Below, in pieces: positions 57,047-64,000 of a DNA stretch of 64,000 bases; the stretch's first letter is position 1; each line of letters opens with the position of its first letter. The position numbers and the translations under genes are program-made. The DNA is from Candidatus Bathyarchaeia archaeon. Its GTDB lineage: Archaea; Thermoproteota; Bathyarchaeia; 40CM-2-53-6. Below the pieces are notes generated by a model that was not told where the DNA came from, ran no database searches, and was given only the letters and a program-made list of their open reading frames with translations. The DNA lies in contig JBEKFP010000003.1 of the NCBI GenBank assembly GCA_050013255.1, forward strand, positions 192,001 to 256,000, written 5' to 3'.

Positions 57047-58432
57047 TCATGACCGGGTGATCGGAATTTCCATAGCAAGAAGTTGCGTAAGCTCGTGAAT
57101 TTGAAGATTTTCTAGATTCATTGTCTTGCTGATTATTGCTTTCTCCTTCTCCTCACTCACTACCGATAACGCGTTAGTGTGGAATTTCGTCAGGACTTCT
57201 TCGTCACTCATTCGGTTCTTGGGATTTCCCTTCGGAAAATCAACTCTCTCTGTGAAGCGGCGTCCGTCCTTGCACGTTACCTCAACTATGGCGGTGGCCA
57301 GTTCCGGAAAGAGCTTTTCCAACTCCGGGTCAGCGACAACCTTGACCTTCCTGATGACGCTACGAATGCGGTCATCGTTCAGCTTAGTTTTGGTAAACTG
57401 GTCCAAGGTCACCGTCCCATCAACAATAGCGGCTGCTATACAGTAAGGTAGGCTGTGGTCGGCAGTCTCCTTGGAGGTAGGTGTGTACTTTGATGGGTCC
57501 GCTAGAATATCGACCGCTCGCGAGATTGTTCTAACCACGACTCCCTCTACTTCCTCGGGCATGATGCTATGACGATCCAAGAGCGTTAGCGTGGCGGTGA
57601 TTGGTGAATGTGTAAGCCCCTCAGTAGGAAATGGCTTCATTGAGCACTCCATAATCTTGAAACGCTCATGAGTTTTGGTCATCACGTCCATATCCCATCT
57701 CCCTCCTATCGTGTCGACTAGACCTTCTTTTCCTTCGAAGACTGCTTCTGGGCCTGTGAATCCCTTCTTCGCCATTAGGGCGGCCATGACTCCACTCTGA
57801 ACTGCCAATGGGTCTGCTATGTTCTTGACCATTGACAGCTTACCAGCCGCCACTGCTCCGAGGGTGAAGTTGTGGCTGCCTGAGATTCCTATGGCATTAC
57901 ACATCTGGTCAACGTTAAGGTCGAGCATTTTTCCAGCAACGACGGGGGACACGAACTGAGTTAGCGACGCATGGTGCCACTTCCTTTCTCGAATTCCCGG
58001 AATTGCGGATTCACAGAGGCGCATTTCCAATTCATATCCAATTATCATCGCCGCGATCAGATCTTTTCCCGACTTGTTTTCACGTTCACCAACTGAAAGC
58101 GCCGCTGGGATCAGGTCACTGGGATGGCTTGGATCTTGCTTCCAGTAAATGTCGTTATAATCGAGGGCGCGAATGAGAAGGCTGTTAGCTAATGCGGCAT
58201 TGTAACAGTTGGTCTTAGAGTCGCTTCCGATGATTGTTGCCTCGGGAGTGCCTCCGAGTTCATCGAGCACCTTCACCAAGATTGCGAAGTCTTCGCTGAG
58301 ACATCCGCGTAAGGCGCATCCTATAGAATCCAGTAGAAATCTCTTGGCCTCTCGGACTGTTTCCGATGGTATCTCATCGTACTTCAGGTTGACCGCGAAC
58401 TCTGCGAACTTTCTTGCTACAGTCGTAACTAT
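57047..58432 (-). CDS. prpD: MmgE/PrpD family dehydratase
   Basis: R.LDYND, HPSD, FEG..G, ADHSLPY, GNP.N; frame stays open and PrpD-like for 51 codons upstream of the ORF-track start, to an ATA at 58432. Confidence 0.85.
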   Translation of the reverse strand: MVTTVARKFAEFAVNLKYDEIPSETVREAKRFLLDSIGCALRGCLSEDFAILVKVLDELGGTPEATIIGSDSKTNCYNAALANSLLIRALDYNDIYWKQDPSHPSDLIPAALSVGERENKSGKDLIAAMIIGYELEMRLCESAIPGIRERKWHHASLTQFVSPVVAGKMLDLNVDQMCNAIGISGSHNFTLGAVAAGKLSMVKNIADPLAVQSGVMAALMAKKGFTGPEAVFEGKEGLVDTIGGRWDMDVMTKTHERFKIMECSMKPFPTEGLTHSPITATLTLLDRHSIMPEEVEGVVVRTISRAVDILADPSKYTPTSKETADHSLPYCIAAAIVDGTVTLDQFTKTKLNDDRIRSVIRKVKVVADPELEKLFPELATAIVEVTCKDGRRFTERVDFPKGNPKNRMSDEEVLTKFHTNALSVVSEEKEKAIISKTMNLENLQIHELTQLLAMEIPITRS

Positions 58433-58548
58433 TCAGACTTCCCGGTCGCTTAGCTTAATGTCGGGACTCAAATATTGCATCCATGATTTGCGGAATCGAT
58501 TATGACGACCTACTAATGCAGTCAATGCTCAGGTGCAGTCGCTGTGGC

Positions 58549-59100
58549 TTATTGAACAAGCTCAAATTCGGTGAAGTCTGCATGATGGAAGATTATTGCT
58601 TCGGGAGACCTCTTGAAACCAGCTGCCTCTTTTGAATGCACTGCGATTATGTGTAGTACGTCTTCTGGTATATCATGCTTTGATGCTAATGCGACACCGA
58701 CAAACGGATGCCTCAAGTACTTACTTGATTTGCTGAATATGAAACGATCACCTTCCTTTGAATATTCATGCAGCTTCCCCACATCTGCAAGCAGGGCCCC
58801 CGCGATGAGCTTGTCACGACTCAGTTCAATGCGATCTCCGTAGGCGTCTTTTAGCACATCGAGCATGGCGATACACATCCTGCATACTGTGCGTACGTGC
58901 GAGATAAAACTCGTCGACACTTTCTCGACAAGTAGGGTGAATGGCATCCTCTGAAGCGACGCGATGTCCCAGTTATTCTCTTTCATCGCATCGATCCAGA
59001 CCTGAAGTGTCTTCTCTCTGAGAGCCCTGTCCTGAATCTCATTAAACTCTGGAATAATTCTAGTCAGTTCTTCTTTCGTCTTAAACACCGACTTGACCAC
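58549..59100 (-). CDS. HD/HDIG-domain-like protein
   Basis: HVR.V, ALLADVGK (HD changed to AD), RH..G, H.I..HS, H.AD. Confidence 0.75.
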   Translation of the reverse strand: MVKSVFKTKEELTRIIPEFNEIQDRALREKTLQVWIDAMKENNWDIASLQRMPFTLLVEKVSTSFISHVRTVCRMCIAMLDVLKDAYGDRIELSRDKLIAGALLADVGKLHEYSKEGDRFIFSKSSKYLRHPFVGVALASKHDIPEDVLHIIAVHSKEAAGFKRSPEAIIFHHADFTEFELVQ

Positions 59101-59295
59101 CCGGTAGAGGCCTGTTGAGTCTATTTTACTTTCAGCGGTGGGGCATAATCGGTTCTTGATTAGGATCCTGCTAGCGGGTCTTCGTCTGGTTCTAGGGTTA
59201 TTGATACGCCCTTAGACTTTGAACTTAACCGTTGCATCTATTGTGCAAGCTCAAAGTCTGCAAATTCGTGCCATAGTGTGGCCAATTGAATCCAC

Positions 59296-61440
59296 CTAGG
59301 GTACCTGCCGGGTTGGTTTTCCCTTGTAGATGGCCTCGGAGAAGTTGATGGGTCGCATTTCGGGTTGAGAGAGGATCTCTTCGAAATAATGCGCCGAGAG
59401 GCCGGCAACTCGTCCCCAAATGAAGAGGACCTTGGCGACTATTGGATTCAGTCCCATGTCCGCAACTATTGCCCCGATTACTCCATCCACGTTAATGGGC
59501 AGGTCCATGCCTCGCACTTGCTTGAAAACTTTGGAAACAATTTTGGAAACGGCTACATTCCCTGCGGCTATTCCTGCATCTTCACTCAGTTTCCAGAGAA
59601 CATCTCGTCTGGGGTCTTGAGTGTGGATTCTGTGGCCGAGGCCTTCAATCCTTCGGCCATCCCGGACATACTCAGTGAGTACTACTTTCGTAGCTTCCTC
59701 CAGATCGAGTCCGTTTCTCTTGGAACGAGAAAGACATTCGGAGTAGAAGAGCGCGGCTTTCTTTCCAGCCCCTCCGTGGACGTCCGTTATCGCGCCAACT
59801 CCGCTTGCGACCGACACAGTATAGTCTGCCCTTGTTGACGCCGAGATGATAGCGACTTGAGCTGAGGGAGGAGTAACACCGTGGTCGACTGATGCTACGG
59901 CCATTGCTTCAAGAAGGCCAGCTTTCTTGCGGTCAAAAGTCGTGTCGCCAGTAATGGCCCGGTATATCAGTTCAGTGAAAGTCGATTCTTCAGAAAGCCG
60001 GTCGAGCGCGGATGTATTTCCCAAGATTGCCGCGAGATACCTTCCGACTCTTCCCAAAGCAAAGGCGGTTTTGAGGATGGGGCCCGATCTTCCTTTCTGG
60101 GAAAAGGTCGCTAGGATTTTGTCAGAGATTAGAGCCCTAGCAAGAGCTTGAGAAATGTCCTCATCTTCATACGATCCGATTGAGGGCTCCGGCTTGAGAG
60201 CGCCCTTCATGGCTATGGCCCGCAACTCTTCCAAGAACTCTGGAGCCGCGAACTCTCCTTGGATCAGGAGATTAGCCACGTCCAAGAGCCCTTTGCGGCC
60301 GACGATTTGTTGCAGTGCGTATCCCGAGATCATGATGTTGTTCGGCTTTACTTCGGTGATTAGAGTCCCCCAGCTGGGGGCAGCCACTTTCGCCTCCCAG
60401 ATGTGTTGCATTTTCTGATAGTATCGTTCTGGATCGAAGTAGGTTTTCTTCAGTCTTGACTTCACAGCTTCGATGAGGTCGTACTGGGAGTTGACAACTG
60501 TTACTCGGGCACGTTCCAGTGCTTCCTTCTTTGACTTGAAGGTGCCGTAAGCTTGTCCTGGAGCAACTATTGCTCCGGCGTGTCCCATTGTCTTTCCTTC
60601 TGGGGCGTGGGCTCCTGAGACGAGGGCTACTAGGGGCTTTGGGTATCGTTCGGGATGGACAAGAATATCCTCGGCTAGCCGCTCTTCTTGGATACCGCCG
60701 ATTTCTCCTGCGATCACCACGAGCTCGGTGTTGGGATAGTTCATCACAAGAGGGACCAGATCCACAAAGGTGGAGCCAATCGCTGCGTCGCCGCCAATGC
60801 CGATGACCGCGTTCTGAGCGATCCCTGCACTTGCCAGAGCGTCGGACATGTGGTATAGAATTGCGCCACTGCGAGAGATTATCGTGACGCCCTTTGGTCC
60901 GAACTTCCCGGGAGCTGTCTCCTCAGGGTAGAAGACATCGGGAAGCATTCCTATCTTTACTTGCTCAGGAGGAAAGATGATGCCGGGCGAGTTTCCCCCA
61001 ATCAGGACCGTTCTATTTCTTCTCGCAGCCGCAAGCATCTCGCGGACATCGCGCAAAGGAATTCCTTCAGTGATTAGGACAACAAGTGGGATACCTGATT
61101 CAATGACTTCGATTACCGCCTCCTTCGCGGTTGAATACTGCTTCCAAACGCTCGCCGCAGCAACATGCGGGTGGTCTTTGAGACACTCCGCGACGGTGTC
61201 ATAAACTGGAATTGTCTCATGGATACGAATGCCGCCTCGTCCCGGAGCAATTCCAGCGACGATTCTAGTCCCGAAGTCCTGCATTAATCCGGCATGTCGA
61301 GTGCCCTCTCTTCCCAGACCCACAACAATTGTGTCGATTTCTCCTGTCTCTTTGATGTGGGTTGCGAGTTCCGGTCGAAGTTGTTTGATGAGATTGTAGA
61401 GTAACCCTTCGTCGGCACGTATCTTTTGGATCATTTCCAC
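59296..61440 (-). CDS. SucD-like CoA-binding/ligase domain fused to citrate-synthase-like domain (ATP-citrate lyase alpha-like)
   Basis: ITEGIP, GGNSPG, SRSG, GIGGD, GEIGG, MGHAGA (phospho-His); C-terminal DHG, HGGA, GLGHRIH..DPR, INVDG, GL.AH. Confidence 0.85.
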   Translation of the reverse strand: MEMIQKIRADEGLLYNLIKQLRPELATHIKETGEIDTIVVGLGREGTRHAGLMQDFGTRIVAGIAPGRGGIRIHETIPVYDTVAECLKDHPHVAAASVWKQYSTAKEAVIEVIESGIPLVVLITEGIPLRDVREMLAAARRNRTVLIGGNSPGIIFPPEQVKIGMLPDVFYPEETAPGKFGPKGVTIISRSGAILYHMSDALASAGIAQNAVIGIGGDAAIGSTFVDLVPLVMNYPNTELVVIAGEIGGIQEERLAEDILVHPERYPKPLVALVSGAHAPEGKTMGHAGAIVAPGQAYGTFKSKKEALERARVTVVNSQYDLIEAVKSRLKKTYFDPERYYQKMQHIWEAKVAAPSWGTLITEVKPNNIMISGYALQQIVGRKGLLDVANLLIQGEFAAPEFLEELRAIAMKGALKPEPSIGSYEDEDISQALARALISDKILATFSQKGRSGPILKTAFALGRVGRYLAAILGNTSALDRLSEESTFTELIYRAITGDTTFDRKKAGLLEAMAVASVDHGVTPPSAQVAIISASTRADYTVSVASGVGAITDVHGGAGKKAALFYSECLSRSKRNGLDLEEATKVVLTEYVRDGRRIEGLGHRIHTQDPRRDVLWKLSEDAGIAAGNVAVSKIVSKVFKQVRGMDLPINVDGVIGAIVADMGLNPIVAKVLFIWGRVAGLSAHYFEEILSQPEMRPINFSEAIYKGKPTRQVP

Positions 61441-62720
61441 CCCTTGGCGGTAAAGACCCCGTTGATTCCGTCTTTGATCACGTCAGCCATGATGACCTGG
61501 TTTCCTACCATGATCGTCATCCCTCTAAGCGCTTCAGGTGTCTCGGCCTTGGCCTTCTCCAAATACTCTCGAGCACTTGGAAGATCGGTTCCGACCATCC
61601 GGCCATAGATAGGAATGATTCTCTTGCCCTGAGCATGCCTTTCCCGGATGGCTTCTACGACCCCACGGATGAAGATGTCACAACTTGAGATGCCCCCGAA
61701 TCGTGACGTTATGATTAGGTCGACTTTATCGTAGTCCATTAGCAAATGGAACATCTGGGCTACCTGATGCTGAGAAGGCCCTCCCCCTGAGTCCATGAAG
61801 TTGACCGGGATGACTCTACCTCGAAAGAATCGATCGCCAATATTCGCCACCTCGTCGATAGAGAAAATACCATAGCCAGCTCCACCAGGGACAAGTCCTA
61901 CGTAGATTTTCTTTGGGTCCCTTGGTGCGTCTTCAGGAAGAAGGTCTACGTACTTGAAACCATTCGCTTGCGCTTTTCGCTCATTCGTGGTCAATTCAGC
62001 TGCATCGTGGCGCTTGTCAGTGATTCCAAGGGTTTCAAGTAGCTTGGGCTGCCGATACAACGCGTTATCGTCAAGCACTATCTTGGCATCAGCCGCTACA
62101 GGTCCTCTGGGGGTGATTATTAGTGGATTGATCTCACAGATTTTTGCGTCAGCTTCTTGATAGAGGCTGTAGACGTTTGAAATGATCTTTGTGAGTTCTT
62201 CTGTGCTGGTGATGGCACGTACACTTGCAGGTAGCTCTTCCATAAGTTTTCTAGCTAACCCAGTTACTAGACTCGGTGGTAGCTTGCTCTCGTTTCCAGG
62301 GATCTCGATTCTGTGGATTGCTCCAGGGGTGTCCCTCGCCACCGTCTCAATATCTACGCCTCCCGCGGCACTTGCAATGACAACGTTATTGAAAGTCAAT
62401 GGGTCCATCGTCACTCCTATGTAGCAGGCCGCGAGCTGGTCTACGGCCTCCTCGACGAGTAAGGTCTTAACAGGGTAGCCTTTCACTCCAAACTTGAAAA
62501 TCTCCTCAGATTTGGCCTTGGCTTCACTCTGATCCTTGGCTTTCTTTATTCCTCCCGCCTTCCCTCGTCCTCCTACCAGAACAAGAGCCTTGAGGATCAA
62601 GGGGTAATTCGCATTGAGCCCTTCCAGTTCCAAGGCCGAGTGGATTACCCCATATTGCCTAGGTACGGGAATGCCCTTCTCCGCGAAGAGCTGTTTCGCC
62701 TCGTTCTCGTAGAGTCTCAT
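61431..62720 (-). CDS. SucC-like ATP-grasp subunit (ATP-citrate lyase beta / citryl-CoA synthetase-like)
   Basis: L.E.EAK, GGRGKAGG, GG.DIE, EINPL, DAK..LDDNA, GGAG, NF.D.GGG. Confidence 0.85.
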   Translation of the reverse strand: MRLYENEAKQLFAEKGIPVPRQYGVIHSALELEGLNANYPLILKALVLVGGRGKAGGIKKAKDQSEAKAKSEEIFKFGVKGYPVKTLLVEEAVDQLAACYIGVTMDPLTFNNVVIASAAGGVDIETVARDTPGAIHRIEIPGNESKLPPSLVTGLARKLMEELPASVRAITSTEELTKIISNVYSLYQEADAKICEINPLIITPRGPVAADAKIVLDDNALYRQPKLLETLGITDKRHDAAELTTNERKAQANGFKYVDLLPEDAPRDPKKIYVGLVPGGAGYGIFSIDEVANIGDRFFRGRVIPVNFMDSGGGPSQHQVAQMFHLLMDYDKVDLIITSRFGGISSCDIFIRGVVEAIRERHAQGKRIIPIYGRMVGTDLPSAREYLEKAKAETPEALRGMTIMVGNQVIMADVIKDGINGVFTAKGWK

Positions 62721-62947
62721 TATGTCTCCCTTTCACCTATGACATCTAGGGGGCCGTCAGTTACACGCGTGAAGGCATACCCGGAGGCATAATGTCTAAC
62801 AAATTCGCCAGATTGCGAATTTGCAGCATGCCAGCCGTGTTGTTCGTACTCTAGGAGCTTGCCCACATCGTGAGGATACGAGTGATGAAGGAGTAGTGAT
62901 TTAGCAGGTTCCATTATGCCATAATACTCTCGTAAGTCTTTGCTCAT
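62720..62947 (-). CDS. Hypothetical protein
   Basis: 75-aa ORF tightly packed in the operon. Confidence 0.4.
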   Translation of the reverse strand: MSKDLREYYGIMEPAKSLLLHHSYPHDVGKLLEYEQHGWHAANSQSGEFVRHYASGYAFTRVTDGPLDVIGERET

Positions 62948-62956
62948 GTTTTCTTC

Positions 62957-63451
62957 TCACGAGAAGGCCAGGTCGCCGTATTTTTCGACGTAGGCGATGA
63001 GTCCTCCTTCAGTGAGGATCGTCTCCATAGTCTTTGACATCGCGGGGAAACTGATCGTAGTTCCTTTTGTCAGATTCTCTAATGCGTTCTCGGAGAGATG
63101 TAGTTCCAGTTTGTCGCCTTCATCGATTTTTGTTGTGTCACAAATGATCGCTGGCAATCCAATGTTGATCGCGTTGCGATAGAATATTCTTGCAAACGAT
63201 TGGGCAAGGACTGCCGCAACACCGCACATCTTGAATACTAGTGGTGCGTGTTCCCTACTTGACCCCATTCCGAAATTTTTCCCAGCTACCACAAAGTCCC
63301 CTGTTCTTACGCTAGAGGAGAACTCCTTTCTAGCATCTTCTAGGGTGTGCTTCGCAAGTTCGGACAGATTCGACCGAAGACTCATGTACCTTCCCGGAGT
63401 TATTTCGTCGGTGCTAATGTTGTCCCCGAGTTTCCACGCACTTCCAGTCAT
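62957..63451 (-). CDS. leuD: Isopropylmalate/aconitase-family dehydratase small subunit
   Basis: GDNISTD.I.P, NFG.GSSREHA, SFARIFYRN. Confidence 0.9.
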   Translation of the reverse strand: MTGSAWKLGDNISTDEITPGRYMSLRSNLSELAKHTLEDARKEFSSSVRTGDFVVAGKNFGMGSSREHAPLVFKMCGVAAVLAQSFARIFYRNAINIGLPAIICDTTKIDEGDKLELHLSENALENLTKGTTISFPAMSKTMETILTEGGLIAYVEKYGDLAFS

Positions 63452-63467
63452 TCTTCACACCTTCTCT

Positions 63468-64000
63468 TCAGATGAACTCTCTTGTGTCCGTAATGTGACC
63501 AGTGATTGCGGTTGCTGCCGCTGTTGCGGGTGATCCCAAATATGTCTGGGCTTTCGGATTTCCCGTCCTGCCTGGGAAGTTCCTGTTGGAGCTGGAGAAT
63601 ATTACCTCATTGTCGGCGGGGATTCCGCCAAGTGCTCCGAAGCATACCCCACATCCGGGCGGGGTGATTACTGCTCCCGCTTGAAGTAAAGTCTCCAGAA
63701 TTCCTTCCTCCATGCATTTCAGGTACACCTTCTTTGAGGAGGGGGTCACGATCAGCTTGAGGCCATTCGCCTTCTTTCTCCCCTTGAAAATCTGAGCCAC
63801 AATCCGCATATCTTCTATTCTGGTGTTTGTGCAACTTCCGATGAAGACCTCGTTGACCTTCACATCCCTAGCTTCGGAAACTGGTTTGACGTTCGAGGGC
63901 GAACCTGGAAAAGCAACTTGAGGTTGTAGTTCCGAGGCGTTAATTGCGATTTCCGATTCGTAGGAAGCATCGTCATCCGCATGGATTTCTTTCCATTGTT
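63468..64000 (-). CDS. leuC: Isopropylmalate/aconitase-family dehydratase large subunit (3' part; runs off window)
   Basis: IGSCTN.R, PGCGVC.G, NRNF.GR. Confidence 0.9.
   Translation of the reverse strand, partial: QWKEIHADDDASYESEIAINASELQPQVAFPGSPSNVKPVSEARDVKVNEVFIGSCTNTRIEDMRIVAQIFKGRKKANGLKLIVTPSSKKVYLKCMEEGILETLLQAGAVITPPGCGVCFGALGGIPADNEVIFSSSNRNFPGRTGNPKAQTYLGSPATAAATAITGHITDTREFI

Overview
Archaeal chromosomal window, probably TACK/Bathyarchaeia-like (inferred from RFC-S/L, Cdc6, a Cren7-like protein and a BHB-intron tRNA). Positions ~1-29 kb and ~50-64 kb hold housekeeping and metabolic genes: RFC, moaBC, cdc6, a P1B-ATPase, a peptide ABC transporter, a proline-dehydrogenase-like operon, and a leuCD / ATP-citrate-lyase-like / prpD cluster. 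The main discovery is a ~20 kb accessory region (29454-49313) downstream of a minus-strand tRNA-Gly(TCC). It is cut into gene-sized cassettes by 14 junctions of a 14-bp site, N7-TGGTGCG (one degenerate), which equals the last 7 nt of the tRNA plus 7 downstream nt; the tRNA carries a 15th, native copy. Most junctions are abutted by short inverted cassette ends (CACAC...GTGTG or CCGCCCCCG...CGGGGGCGG). One 9-kb cassette with perfect 16-bp TIRs encodes a solo, casposase-like Cas1 but no family B polymerase. The others mostly carry one cargo gene each (HEPN proteins, DMT transporter, methyltransferase, TPR protein, MarC). Several cassette ends carry tRNA-3'-end mimics that may act as new landing pads. 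I interpret this as a Cas1-built, CRISPR-like/integron-like gene-cassette array. That is an inference from sequence architecture; no database searches were run.
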